The notes beneath the pieces were generated by a model that was not told the origin of the DNA, made no database searches, and saw only the letters and a program-made list of their open reading frames with translations. A program made the translations under genes and the position numbers. From assembly GCA_016841605.1 (NCBI GenBank), contig JAENYV010000001.1:165553-229552 (forward strand): 64,000 bases of DNA. Reading direction: 5' to 3'. Positions 1-9,675 of the stretch are shown one piece after another. This stretch comes from Dethiobacter alkaliphilus (GTDB taxonomy: Bacteria > Bacillota > Dethiobacteria > DTU022 > UBA8154). The first letter of the stretch is position 1. The number at the start of each line of letters is the position of its first letter.

Positions 1-110
1 ATTCTCCCCATGATGTTGTCTTTCTATTAAAGGAAATCGGCCTGCACATAGAAGAACAAGGCAATGAGGAGCGGGAGAGAGCCATCCAAAGAGGGACGCA
101 TTACTCTGAG

Positions 111-1094
111 ATGCTTCCTATTGAGTACAGGCCGACAAAGGAGTATATTGACCTGTTCCATAAATCTTTAAAGGAAACGGGAGGCAGGCTTGCCCTGGCA
201 ACAGCCGTCGTAGCCGAGACTATCCTTAAAAGGTCGGGGCCAAGAGTAATTTTAGTCTCCCTGGCAAGGGCGGGCACACCGATCGGCGTTCTGATAAAAA
301 AATACCTGCGGCAGTTTCACGGAGTGGATGCGCCCCACTACAGTATTTCTATTATCCGGGATAAAGGAATTGATAAAAACGCCTTAATTTATCTGCTGCA
401 GCGATACCCTGGCTATGAGATTCAGTTTATTGATGGGTGGACGGGAAAAGGTTCTATTACCCGGGAGCTGAGCCGTTCCATCTCAAACTTCGAGCAGGAA
501 TTTAAATTGAACGCGGGCTGCATTAATCGGGACCTGGCGGTCCTGGCAGATCCGGGTTACTGCGCCAATATCTTTGGGACCAGGGATGACTTTTTAATCC
601 CCAGCGCCTGCCTGAATTCAACCGTATCCGGGCTGATGTCGCGGACGGTCTACAGGGATGACCTTATTAAGGGGCTTGATTTTCACGGGGCTAAATTTTA
701 TGCGGAGCTTAGGGGCGAGGATCTCTCCAACTACTTTGTTGATACCGTTGCAGGACACCTGAACGAGGCTCATCAACGGTCCTTAATGCTTCTGGAGGCA
801 AAACCCCGTCTGGGTGTGGATAATGCTCCCGCCTGGGTTGGTTTAAAAGAAGTAAGAGCTATTCAGCTGGCATTTGGTATTCAAAATGTTAATCATGTTA
901 AACCGGGGGTAGGGGAAACAACAAGGGTTCTCCTGCGGCGCGTACCCTGGAAGATCTTAGTAAGGGACGCTGCCGGCCCGGATGTCAGGCACGTTTTACT
1001 GCTGGCTGAGGATCGGAAGGTAGAGGTGCAGGAGTATCCCCGGATGAGCTATTCCTGCTGCGGGCTAATTAAGTCGGTAGGTGAAGCTGAATGA
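111..1094 (+). CDS. StiP-family phosphoribosyltransferase-like protein (Ter-associated biosynthetic module)
   Basis: 327-aa ORF with a 4-nt overlap onto the downstream HAD gene. The sequence resembles the PRTase-like 'StiP' proteins that sit next to HAD hydrolases in tellurite-resistance (Ter/TelA) neighbourhoods. Confidence 0.45.
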   Translation: MLPIEYRPTKEYIDLFHKSLKETGGRLALATAVVAETILKRSGPRVILVSLARAGTPIGVLIKKYLRQFHGVDAPHYSISIIRDKGIDKNALIYLLQRYPGYEIQFIDGWTGKGSITRELSRSISNFEQEFKLNAGCINRDLAVLADPGYCANIFGTRDDFLIPSACLNSTVSGLMSRTVYRDDLIKGLDFHGAKFYAELRGEDLSNYFVDTVAGHLNEAHQRSLMLLEAKPRLGVDNAPAWVGLKEVRAIQLAFGIQNVNHVKPGVGETTRVLLRRVPWKILVRDAAGPDVRHVLLLAEDRKVEVQEYPRMSYSCCGLIKSVGEAE

Positions 1095-1906
1095 TTTTTG
1101 CCAGTGACCTTGACCGCACCCTGATTTACTCGGAAAAATTTCTTGAAGGCACTTCCTGCGCGGTCAGTTTGGTTGAGAGGGGCAAGTACAGATCATATAT
1201 GACCAGGCCGGCCGTTGAATTGCTGCGTCAGATTGCCGGGGAGATGACTTTTGTACCCTGCACTACCAGAACCATAGAGCAGTACCATCGCATTCAGCTT
1301 TTCCAGACGGAAATTGTTCCCCGGTACGCGGTAGTCAGTAATGGGGCTAATCTTCTTATCCGCGGCACGCCGGATATTAGTTACCGGACAAAGATGAGCC
1401 GAATGCTGGCAACAGACTGCCTGGCACCTGAGGATATGTTTGTTGAATTCAACAAAATCGCTTCAGAAGAATGGGCCGCCCCCATGCGGCAAGCGGACGG
1501 TGTCTTTTATTACTGCATTATTGACCGCCTGAAGGCCCCCCTCGGCTTGGTGCAGGCTTTTGCCCAATGGGCCGAAAGGAAAGGTTGGGCTGTATCTGTT
1601 CAGGAAAGGAAGCTGTATTTAGTTCCTCAACTGGTAAATAAGTGGACCGCCTTAAAAAGAGTTATGGAATTAACGGGCGATAATAGGGTTGTGGCTGCCG
1701 GCGACTCCCTCCTGGATCTACCGCTTGTTAAGGGAGCGGAGTATGCAATTTCCCCGTCACATGGCGAGCTATACTTGCAGCAAAAAGAGCTGAATGCCGG
1801 CAATGCCGGCTGGGATTTTACAAAGGCCTGCGGCATTGCAGCGGGGGAAGAGCTATTAAGAGCTGTTCTTAACAAAAACACCACTACAGAACAAGGGGGC
1901 TATTAG
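1091..1906 (+). CDS. HAD-superfamily hydrolase (phosphatase)
   Basis: N-terminal motif FASDLDRTLIYS is the canonical HAD motif I (DxDxT). The start overlaps the upstream gene in an ATGA-type translational coupling. Confidence 0.75.
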   Translation: MIFASDLDRTLIYSEKFLEGTSCAVSLVERGKYRSYMTRPAVELLRQIAGEMTFVPCTTRTIEQYHRIQLFQTEIVPRYAVVSNGANLLIRGTPDISYRTKMSRMLATDCLAPEDMFVEFNKIASEEWAAPMRQADGVFYYCIIDRLKAPLGLVQAFAQWAERKGWAVSVQERKLYLVPQLVNKWTALKRVMELTGDNRVVAAGDSLLDLPLVKGAEYAISPSHGELYLQQKELNAGNAGWDFTKACGIAAGEELLRAVLNKNTTTEQGGY

Positions 1907-2590
1907 GTGGAATATAAAATACTTTATCCAGGTGCATCTCCGCTAGTTCAAATATTTCTCACAGGGGGGGAGACCATAAAGGCTGAATCAGATGCTATGG
2001 TTGCCATGTCCTCATCTGTAGATGTAGAAGGGAAACTGGATGGGGGGCTGCTGGGAGGCCTGGCCCGGATGGTTGCAGGTGAGAGTTTTTTTCTGCAAAC
2101 GCTTACGGCCGGCCGCGGGCCGGGGGATGTTTTGTTGGCCCCGTCAACACCAGGAGACATTATTGACGTGGAGCTTGATGGCTCTTACAGTCTGATTATT
2201 CAAAAGGACGGCTTTTTGGCCGGCTCGGAAAATCTGCAAATATCTACTAAGCTGCAAAATCTCGCGCAGGGCATGTTTTCAGGGGAAGGTTTCTTTGTTG
2301 TGAAAGTCTCCGGCAAGGGATTTGTTTTCTTAAGTAGCTATGGCAGTATTCATGTCGTTAATCTGGAACCGGACCAGGAGTATGTTGTAGATAATAGTCA
2401 TCTGGTAGCGTGGCCCGACTATATGAACTATACGATAGAAAAAGCCTCCAAGGGCTGGATTTCCAGTTTTACATCCGGCGAGATGGCTGTCTGCCGTTTC
2501 CGGGGTCCTGGCCCGGTTATTATTCAAACCCGTAACCCCAGGGGCTTTGGAAACTGGATAAAAAGATTTATCCCTCAAAAAAAAGCATAA
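1907..2590 (+). CDS. AIM24-family protein (TIGR00266/DUF124-like)
   Basis: 227 aa. The N-terminus MEYKILYPGASPLVQIFLTGGETIKAESDAMVAM matches the AIM24/DUF124 pattern (M.x.I.G...L.V.L..GE.I.AE.GAMV.M). Confidence 0.65.
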   Translation: MEYKILYPGASPLVQIFLTGGETIKAESDAMVAMSSSVDVEGKLDGGLLGGLARMVAGESFFLQTLTAGRGPGDVLLAPSTPGDIIDVELDGSYSLIIQKDGFLAGSENLQISTKLQNLAQGMFSGEGFFVVKVSGKGFVFLSSYGSIHVVNLEPDQEYVVDNSHLVAWPDYMNYTIEKASKGWISSFTSGEMAVCRFRGPGPVIIQTRNPRGFGNWIKRFIPQKKA

Positions 2591-2692
2591 AAGTGCAAAA
2601 AAGAGGATATATGAAAGGTGAACTATTCCATTTAAAGCAATAATAAACTATTATAATATATTTATACGTCCGGACTATAAGAATGAAAGGGT

Positions 2693-5140
2693 ATGCTCTG
2701 GATGGAAATTAATAGAAATAAAAGCATTGTTTTTAAGCAATCTAACGACATATATAATGACATATTGCTGCCATTAGAAGAACGTTCTCAGGAGCAAGGT
2801 AAAAGATCTGTCTATTTTTATAGGATGATAGGTTTTAACAACCAGACGGAATTTGTCAAGAAAACAGCCATGCTTCATGAGAAATTAGTCAATCTGGGTA
2901 ATCTCTATCTATATTTTATCAATGAAATCCCGCTTCCTTTTAATGAACAACTAACCGGCCAAATAAATAAAACCTTTACTTCATTAAATATATCTTTTGA
3001 GACTTTGCAAGCAGAAACTTTATGCCATACTATTGAAACGGCGGATTTATTTCCTTTACCTGCTGTGGAATTAAAAAATTCTTTCAAAACTGTTCTAGGC
3101 GAATATCTAAAAAAAGAGAAACCTGCAAACATAGGGATGATAAAAAATTTTGTTTCCAAGTTAATCTTATGGATACACGAGTATATTCCAGGGTTTTATG
3201 CCTCTAAATCTCCCTGGAATCCCAAAATACTATATTACGGTGATATTAAAAAACACTCTGTTTACTTCCTGATTTTGTTATCACAACTCGGTTGTGATGT
3301 TTTGTATATCAACCCTTACTCTGATGAGGAATATATAAAAGTAGACAATAATAACCGTTTTTCTATGCTCCATGAAGAAAATATTAAAAGTAAGCTTAGC
3401 AGTCCGCCCATAAAAGTAATTAGTAGACCTGAGCAGCCCCTTAACATGGAACAGCTAAATCAAGTAGTGCCGATAACGGGTCATTCGGTTATTGTTAAAT
3501 TAAAAAGCTCCAACGACATATTTAAGGACTTACTGATGCCGTTAAGTAAAAGAAGCGGTTTTCTTGGTAACCCAGCTCCAATTGTGCCGGTATATTTTTA
3601 TAGGTACATTGGTATAAACGGGAAAATTGATCCGGCAGTTGATGAGTATTACAATAACCTTTACCAACTTGATAAAACTTTAAGGAGCAGGCAAAATGGC
3701 TATATAAGATTAACGGACCAATTAGCTGCACCTGAGAATAAGGAAATCTCCACTTACAAGTCTAAATTACAGCATGCCGGGACAACACTACTTTATGGCA
3801 GCGAAAAGGATCTTTTCATAAACAGAATAATCAATGCGAAAATTTTACCTTCCACCATAAACCAGCCATTAAACAACACCATAAAAAAAGCTTTTATGGA
3901 TATAATGAACTTGTTTGACAAATTGGAGCCCAACAGTGGCATTTACAAAATGGAGAGTTTTGCACTTAAAATGCTCTGCTGGATTAATAATTATTTCAAA
4001 TATTTATACAAATCCTTTGATTTTAAAGAAAACCCTCGAATCTTGTATTACGGCGACATTAAAAACCATGAGATATGCCTGTTAATCTATTTTTCAAAAA
4101 TTGGGTGTGATGTTCTATATGTTAATTCCGACATAGAAAAAGATGATATTTTTAAACAAATCGATATAAAACAAGAATACACAAAACTGATACAAAATGA
4201 GTTTAGTAAAGAGTTGGAAAAGTTTCCGGAACATGAAAGAAAAGTTAGGAAAGCTACCGTTGCCTATAATGCATCCCAGGAAATACAGCAGGTTATTTAC
4301 AACGAGGATGTAGGGTTATTTAAACCCTGGCAGTTTGAGAATAGTATGACAAGAACGGTAACTTTAAAAACCACTTATGATGAACTTAAAATTTTGTGGA
4401 ATGAAGAAGCCAAAATTAGACCCGAGTTTAAAGTTGTGGAGAACACTGTTTATGTGCCGAATCTTTTTGCTAAAATTAAGGGTACCCATGAGAATTTAGC
4501 ACAGTATTGGCAAGATTATAAAAAGCTGGCTGCTGCTAAGAATACCCACGTAATAACCTCTGTTCCTTTCACGAAAATAAATTACAGTAAGCGGGATTTA
4601 TATGCATCAGCTTTTTTAATCAATGATTCCGGCTTAATAGATAGAGAGAAACTATTTAGTAGTAATTTCTATAAGTACGGCTATTTAAGAACATCGTTGC
4701 AAGAATTTATCATTAATAAGACGGAGGAGTTAATTAAAGCAGATTTATTTATCAATAGCAATAAAGAGTTGCCTTTAAAGATACTGATGACCATCCTGAC
4801 CATGGATGAAAACGTATTAAACTTGATAGAATTCTTTGATTATCCCGGTGATATACCAAAACTGGTTATTTTTGACGGGACTAAAGATGTTTTCAGCGAT
4901 GAAGACGCCATAATTATAGCCTTTCTTAACCTGGTCGGAATAGATATGGCCGTTTTTACACCAACTAATTATAACAATATTGAACTTAAATTGAAGAAAG
5001 GGTTGCTGGATATCCATCAGTTGTCATCAGTACACCTGGATTTACAAGCACCTGATATTACTATTAAGCCGGCTGAAGAAAACAAAATTAGTTCTTTCTT
5101 AAACAGCTTTTCACAAAAAATTAGGAGGAAATTTAATTGA
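2693..5140 (+). CDS. YceG-like stress protein with tandemly duplicated TerB-N-like/TerB-C-like modules
   Basis: 815-aa, Lys/Asn-rich ORF. It has a clear two-fold internal repeat (VYFYRMIG...ILYYGDIKKHSVYFLILLSQLGCDVLY and VYFYRYIG...ILYYGDIKNHEICLLIYFSKIGCDVLY). It sits immediately upstream of telA, as yceG-yceH do in Bacillus. Confidence 0.5.
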   Translation: MLWMEINRNKSIVFKQSNDIYNDILLPLEERSQEQGKRSVYFYRMIGFNNQTEFVKKTAMLHEKLVNLGNLYLYFINEIPLPFNEQLTGQINKTFTSLNISFETLQAETLCHTIETADLFPLPAVELKNSFKTVLGEYLKKEKPANIGMIKNFVSKLILWIHEYIPGFYASKSPWNPKILYYGDIKKHSVYFLILLSQLGCDVLYINPYSDEEYIKVDNNNRFSMLHEENIKSKLSSPPIKVISRPEQPLNMEQLNQVVPITGHSVIVKLKSSNDIFKDLLMPLSKRSGFLGNPAPIVPVYFYRYIGINGKIDPAVDEYYNNLYQLDKTLRSRQNGYIRLTDQLAAPENKEISTYKSKLQHAGTTLLYGSEKDLFINRIINAKILPSTINQPLNNTIKKAFMDIMNLFDKLEPNSGIYKMESFALKMLCWINNYFKYLYKSFDFKENPRILYYGDIKNHEICLLIYFSKIGCDVLYVNSDIEKDDIFKQIDIKQEYTKLIQNEFSKELEKFPEHERKVRKATVAYNASQEIQQVIYNEDVGLFKPWQFENSMTRTVTLKTTYDELKILWNEEAKIRPEFKVVENTVYVPNLFAKIKGTHENLAQYWQDYKKLAAAKNTHVITSVPFTKINYSKRDLYASAFLINDSGLIDREKLFSSNFYKYGYLRTSLQEFIINKTEELIKADLFINSNKELPLKILMTILTMDENVLNLIEFFDYPGDIPKLVIFDGTKDVFSDEDAIIIAFLNLVGIDMAVFTPTNYNNIELKLKKGLLDIHQLSSVHLDLQAPDITIKPAEENKISSFLNSFSQKIRRKFN

Positions 5141-6246
5141 AAATTGAACGATCAAAAAAACAACCTGAACAGGCAGTGGAAGTAGTTCCTTTTGATTTAG
5201 AGAAGCAAAAAAAAGAAGTGGCGGCAAAAATTCAAAACTCTCCGGAGGTAGACCATATTTTGGAACAGATCGATCTGGATAACGCAGATACAATTATGAC
5301 CTTTGGAGCTAACATTACCGAGGAGATAGCTAAGTTTTCCGATCAGATTCTCCATAGCATGGAAACTACCAAAGTGGAAGATTCCGGGGATATGCTCATT
5401 CAACTCAACCAGATCATGGACAAGTTTGATATTAAGGATTTTGAAGAAAAAAAACAGGGAATTTTAACCAAATTGTTTAATAAGGCTAAGGATTCCATTG
5501 AGGCATTATTCAAGAAATACCACACCATGGGTGACGAGGTGGACAAGATTTATGTTACCCTAAAGCAGTATGAGTCTGAAATCAATATAACCAATAATAA
5601 TCTGGAAGAAATGTTCGTTAAGAACCTGGAATACTACGAGCAGTTAGGGGAATACATTTTTGCCGGGGAGCTAGCCGTTAATGAAATAAAAAGCAACGTA
5701 ATTCCCCAAATGCAAGTAAATGCTGAAAGCAGCGGTAATCAGCTGGATCAGTTGGCGGTAAATAATGCCAACAGAATGTTGGAGATGATGGAACAGCGGG
5801 TTCATGATTTAAAATTAGCCGAGAATATCGCCATTCAAACCATGCCCAGCATTAAGTCCATTCAAAATGGCAACTATAATTTAATCCGTAAAATAAATTC
5901 GGCTTTCATTATTACGCTGCCCATATTTAAGCAATGCCTGATCCAATCAATCATGCTAAAGAGGCAGGCGGTTCAAGCCAAGGCCATGCAGGCATTGGAT
6001 GACAAAACCAATGAACTGCTTTTAAGAAATGCCCAAAATACAGCTCTGCAGTCCAAAATGACCGCTAAACTGGCTTCCGGTAGTTTTGTCAGCATTGAAA
6101 CACTACAGCAGTCGTGGGAGACAATTGTTAAAGGCATTGAAGAAACCAAGCAAATTCAAGAGGATATGCGTCAAAAAAGGTACGAGGACAGTAAAAAATT
6201 GCAGGCTTTTAAAGAAGAGTTTGAAAGTAAGAAAATGCTCAATTAA
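5137..6246 (+). CDS. telA: TelA/KlaA-family toxic anion resistance protein (YceH-like)
   Basis: 369-aa acidic, coiled-coil-rich protein with TelA-like sequence throughout. Its start (TTG/ATG) overlaps the stop of the upstream gene. A bidirectional hairpin follows the stop. Confidence 0.75.
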   Translation: MKIERSKKQPEQAVEVVPFDLEKQKKEVAAKIQNSPEVDHILEQIDLDNADTIMTFGANITEEIAKFSDQILHSMETTKVEDSGDMLIQLNQIMDKFDIKDFEEKKQGILTKLFNKAKDSIEALFKKYHTMGDEVDKIYVTLKQYESEINITNNNLEEMFVKNLEYYEQLGEYIFAGELAVNEIKSNVIPQMQVNAESSGNQLDQLAVNNANRMLEMMEQRVHDLKLAENIAIQTMPSIKSIQNGNYNLIRKINSAFIITLPIFKQCLIQSIMLKRQAVQAKAMQALDDKTNELLLRNAQNTALQSKMTAKLASGSFVSIETLQQSWETIVKGIEETKQIQEDMRQKRYEDSKKLQAFKEEFESKKMLN

Positions 6247-6265
6247 TTATCTCATGGCCGGAAAA

Positions 6266-6300
6266 GTAAAAATCGGGAGTTTGATAACTCCCGATTTTAC
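6266..6300. terminator. Perfect hairpin (aaaatcgggagtt-tgat-aactcccgatttt), bidirectional intrinsic terminator
   Basis: Stem of 11-12 bp flanked by A-run and T-run. It lies between the telA stop and the minus-strand tRNA-like 3' end. Confidence 0.7.
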
Positions 6301-6302
6301 GA

Positions 6303-6337
6303 TGGTGGGGCTGCCGGGGATCGAACCCGGGACCTTG
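6303..6337 (-). tRNA. tRNA 3'-terminal fragment (T-arm + acceptor 3' strand + encoded CCA), not a full tRNA
   Basis: The reverse complement reads ...ggtc CCGGG TTCGATC CCCGG CAGCCCC A CCA, a canonical T-stem/T-loop/acceptor/discriminator/CCA. No complementary 5' acceptor strand (GGGGCTG) and no foldable anticodon arm exist upstream. This pattern is typical of an att-site remnant left by an integrase. Confidence 0.5.
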
Positions 6338-6438
6338 AAGCCCAACCGGCAAAATTTGATCCCAAAAAGTTAAATTCCTCCTCATTAAAAAATTCATCAA
6401 CAGTAATCATCTTCCGCTAACTAAATTTTTTACTAATG

Positions 6439-6455
6439 CCCCCCCCCTTTTTTTT
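6439..6455. repeat. Homopolymer tract C9T8
   Basis: The sequence gcc ccccccc tttttttt a lies in the non-coding AT-rich gap between the tRNA fragment and the dctM remnant. Confidence 0.8.
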
Positions 6456-6812
6456 ATTGTTAACAAATACTACACTGTTTTAAAACAGGACGGTTTGAAT
6501 AAAAGCACATTTAATCGATATAAGAAAGCCGAGTCCAATCTAAACTATTAAGATTGTTACAACTATGGACAGGCTTTTTTTTATTTGTAATATTAGCCAT
6601 ATAAATCAAGAGAAAAAATCAAATAATTTTATGATTTATTCATGCTTACAACAGCAAAGTTCCCCCTATCCCTAATTTTAATAAATCTCAGTAATCTTTT
6701 TTAGCATTATATTACAAAAATTAAGTATTGGCATGAATGTTGCAAAAATGAGGATTGAGAAAGGTAAATGTAATGTTAACTACAAAGGCAGGAAACTGCA
6801 AAGACCACCGCA

Positions 6813-7259
6813 ATGCTTATGTTTTTAATTATATTCGGCATGGGTTTTGCCTACCTGGTTAGTTCCTTAGGAATACCGCGAGAAGTTTCAAGTGCACTGG
6901 TAAGCATTGACGCAAGCAAATGGGTTATTTTTACCTTTATCCTCATATTCTGGATACTGGCGGGTTGCTTTTTGGACCCTACGGGCTTGCTTGTTGTAAC
7001 ATTGCCCATATTGTATCCGCCTCTGGTTGAATTAGGATTTGAGCCTATTTGGATAGGTATTATTGCAACGCTTGCTATTTGTATCGGGATGATAACCCCC
7101 CCCGTTGGACTAAATTTATACGTTGTTAAGGGAATTACAAATAGTTCCTTTGAAGAAGTTGTCTCCGGATCACTTCCGTTTCTGCTTGTTATCCTGGTTA
7201 TAATGTTCTTATTGATAGTTTTCCCTCAGATTGTTATGTTTGTGCCCAATACAATGTGA
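6813..7259 (+). pseudogene. dctM: C-terminal fragment of a TRAP transporter large permease (DctM-like)
   Basis: 148-aa hydrophobic ORF ending with the DctM C-terminal signature (ITPPVGLNLYVVKGI). It lacks the N-terminal roughly 280 aa and has no cognate dctQ/dctP genes. Confidence 0.55.
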
Positions 7260-7277
7260 TTTTGAGAATAAAATAAC

Positions 7278-7307
7278 TCACCCCCTGCCGTGGGAGGTAG
7301 GGGGTGA
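7278..7307. terminator. Hairpin tcaccccct-N12-agggggtga between convergent genes
   Basis: 9-bp GC-rich inverted repeat between the dctM fragment (+) and the sigma-54 activator gene (-). Confidence 0.5.
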
Positions 7308-7351
7308 AAAACTAAATAACTAAATAACATTTTGTTCAATGGGAGTAGCCC

Positions 7352-9292
7352 TTATGCTTCAGTATGCTCAATCCGATACTCATATATTTTACGGTATAAA
7401 GTTGTCCTGGAAATTCCCATGAATTCTGCAACCTTTGATTTATTTCCTTTATTCTTATTCAGAAGAGAAATAATTAGTTCTTTTTCATAATTATCCAGAG
7501 GTACTAGCATCGGTTCATCTTTTTCCTCAACAGTATTGCGAATAGTAGCGGGTAGATCCGAAGTAGTTATAATATTGCCGGTTACGATGTTTATTGTCCT
7601 TTCCAAAACGTTTTGCAGTTCTCTCGCATTTCCCGGCCAACGGTAACGGGTTAGCACATCTAAAGCATCCTTGCTGATTTGCGAAACATCTTTATTTAAG
7701 CGCTGATTTAATTTGTTTAAGAAATGTTCAGCTAAAATAACAATATCATCAGGTCTTTCTCTGAGTGATGGAATATTAATTCGCAATACATTTAACCTGT
7801 AAAAAAGGTCTTCTCTAAAGTGCCCCAATTTAATTTCTTCTTCCAGTTTTTTATTAGTAGCAGCAATTATTCTGACATCTATGGGAATTAATTTCCCTCC
7901 ACCTATTCTGGTAATAGAATTTTCTTGTAATACTCGCAATAAGACAGCTTGGAATTCAAGGGGCATTTCTCCTATCTCATCTAAAAAAAGTGTCCCGCCG
8001 TCAGCCAATTCAAATTTTCCCGGATTCCCGCCTTTTTTTGCCCCGGTAAATGCACCATCTGCATAACCGAATAATTCACTTTCAATTAAATTTCTGGGAA
8101 GGGCAGCGCAATTTATCGCCAGGAACGGATTGTTTTTACGGTTGCTTGCATTATGAATTGCCTGTGCAAAAATTTCTTTTCCGGTTCCGCTTTCGCCTAC
8201 GAGCAATACATTTGAAATACTGTTGGCAGCTGTTTTACCCAGCATTACTGTTGATAAAAAGAGGTCGTTTTGACCAATTAAATCTTCAAAAGTATATGTG
8301 GCCATTGCTCCTACAAACCTGTTAACGAATTTTTTTACTTTCTTCATTTCCCTTAATACCAGTAAAAGGCCGATAATCTCATTATTTGTTGAGTAAATCA
8401 GCTTGTAATTTGCCGTATAATCATTTGCATCCAGAGAGAAACCGGTTTTTTTTTGTTCAAAACAGTTTTCAATACCTTGATAAAGTGGATGGTTCTTTCC
8501 AAGAAGAGTATTAATCGGTTGAGATAATATTTTATCTTCCGGTTTGGTAATTTTAAGTAGATTTTTTGCGCACTTATTTATATGCATAATAGTTCTATCT
8601 GTTTTTAAAGCTAATATTCCATCACTAATGGATTCCATCATGGAGGTTTTAAACGCATCGACAATTGCAATTTCAATATAAGATTTTTGTATTCGCCAGC
8701 TGTTTTCTATCGCGCTTGCTGCGGCGACAATCATACCCAGCGTATGAGGATGAACTTTGTCATAATCACCAACCATTGTTAGAACGCCGAGAAGATTATT
8801 ATCTTCATCAAAAATTGGAGCTGAGGATGCAGCCCAATCATGTCCGGTTATACAAAAATGTTCAGCGGCAAATACCTGGCTGGGTTTCTGAGTTAAAAGG
8901 CATAATCCGATGGAGTTTGTTCCTGCTGATTCCTCTGTCCAATTGTCACCCAAACGTACTTTTGTATTTTTTATGATATTATGATCCCCTTCAATAGCAA
9001 TATATACTCCTTTGCTATTCGTCAGGGAAATGAGGAAAAATGAACCTTTAACAATATTATATAAATTTTTCATTATTGGAACTGCTGTTTCCAATAAAGC
9101 ATGTTGTTTTCCTAATTCATCTTCCGATAAACTGGTTCTCAGTATTCTATTAGTAAAAGGTGAAAGCTGGTTATCGGAACATCTTTGCCAGGATTTAGCA
9201 ATAACCGGCCTTACAGAGGAAGTAATTTTTCCTGTTGTTACAAAGATATCCCATGCCTTTTCCAGGCTTTTTCTCATGCTTAAATTATCCAT
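7352..9292 (-). CDS. Sigma-54-dependent transcriptional activator (AcoR/PrpR-like; N-terminal sensor domains + AAA+ + Fis-type HTH)
   Basis: Carries GESGTGKE (Walker A), a GAFTGA-like motif (GYADGAFTGA), the ELFGY/RED region and a C-terminal HTH (SRTTLYRKI). A sigma-54 promoter lies in the divergent intergenic region. Confidence 0.9.
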   Translation of the reverse strand: MDNLSMRKSLEKAWDIFVTTGKITSSVRPVIAKSWQRCSDNQLSPFTNRILRTSLSEDELGKQHALLETAVPIMKNLYNIVKGSFFLISLTNSKGVYIAIEGDHNIIKNTKVRLGDNWTEESAGTNSIGLCLLTQKPSQVFAAEHFCITGHDWAASSAPIFDEDNNLLGVLTMVGDYDKVHPHTLGMIVAAASAIENSWRIQKSYIEIAIVDAFKTSMMESISDGILALKTDRTIMHINKCAKNLLKITKPEDKILSQPINTLLGKNHPLYQGIENCFEQKKTGFSLDANDYTANYKLIYSTNNEIIGLLLVLREMKKVKKFVNRFVGAMATYTFEDLIGQNDLFLSTVMLGKTAANSISNVLLVGESGTGKEIFAQAIHNASNRKNNPFLAINCAALPRNLIESELFGYADGAFTGAKKGGNPGKFELADGGTLFLDEIGEMPLEFQAVLLRVLQENSITRIGGGKLIPIDVRIIAATNKKLEEEIKLGHFREDLFYRLNVLRINIPSLRERPDDIVILAEHFLNKLNQRLNKDVSQISKDALDVLTRYRWPGNARELQNVLERTINIVTGNIITTSDLPATIRNTVEEKDEPMLVPLDNYEKELIISLLNKNKGNKSKVAEFMGISRTTLYRKIYEYRIEHTEA

Positions 9293-9419
9293 AAATTAAC
9301 TCCTCTGACAATAAACAGAAAAACATTATTGTTTAAAGAATTATTTACATTTTTAATATATAAAGCTTAGCATAAAAAAGGCAGTCTTTCAATCCATAAT
9401 TGAAAATGCAGCATTATAT

Positions 9420-9468
9420 TGTCCATTAATGTTACACTGTCCATAAAGTGTGCGTTAAGATGTTACAG
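9420..9468. promoter_or_regulatory. Candidate enhancer (UAS) repeats for the sigma-54 activator
   Basis: Direct repeats TGTCCAT (x2, at 9420 and 9439) and ATGTTACA (x2, at 9429 and 9460, 31 bp apart). They also show partial dyad symmetry (acact-N8-agtgt). They lie about 100-150 bp upstream of the sigma-54 promoter. Confidence 0.35.
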
Positions 9469-9561
9469 TTATCATCCCGAACAATAGAAGAACAATATAC
9501 TTAGGATAATTTTTCCCGGCCTGCCGGCACTCCTGCCTTCGGGCCTCTGCATTTTCAGGGC

Positions 9562-9577
9562 GGGGCATGTTTGGTAC
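9562..9577 (+). promoter_or_regulatory. Sigma-54 (-24/-12) promoter TGGTAC-N5-TTGCA
   Basis: The sequence ttGGtacggtagtTGCa has the GG/GC spacing of the TGGCAC-N5-TTGCW consensus. It lies about 100 bp upstream of hbd and divergent from the sigma-54 activator gene. Confidence 0.7.
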
Positions 9578-9675
9578 GGTAGTTGCACAATATCTCTGTG
9601 TCGAGAAAAAAAATTAAGCTCTAACACCTTGGCAAAACGATCTAAGGCTATTTTTAAAAAAGGAGGTATGTACAG

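Noticed and set aside
6086-6373. 95-aa + strand ORF overlapping the tRNA-like fragment
   Set aside because: It covers the terminator hairpin and the tRNA 3' fragment, is Lys/Arg-rich low-complexity sequence, and has no RBS. It is spurious.
6303-6380. Possible complete tRNA gene on the minus strand
   Set aside because: Only the T-arm, the 3' acceptor strand and CCA are present. No 5' acceptor strand complementary to CAGCCCC exists within 100 nt, and no anticodon stem-loop can be drawn. It is called a fragment instead.
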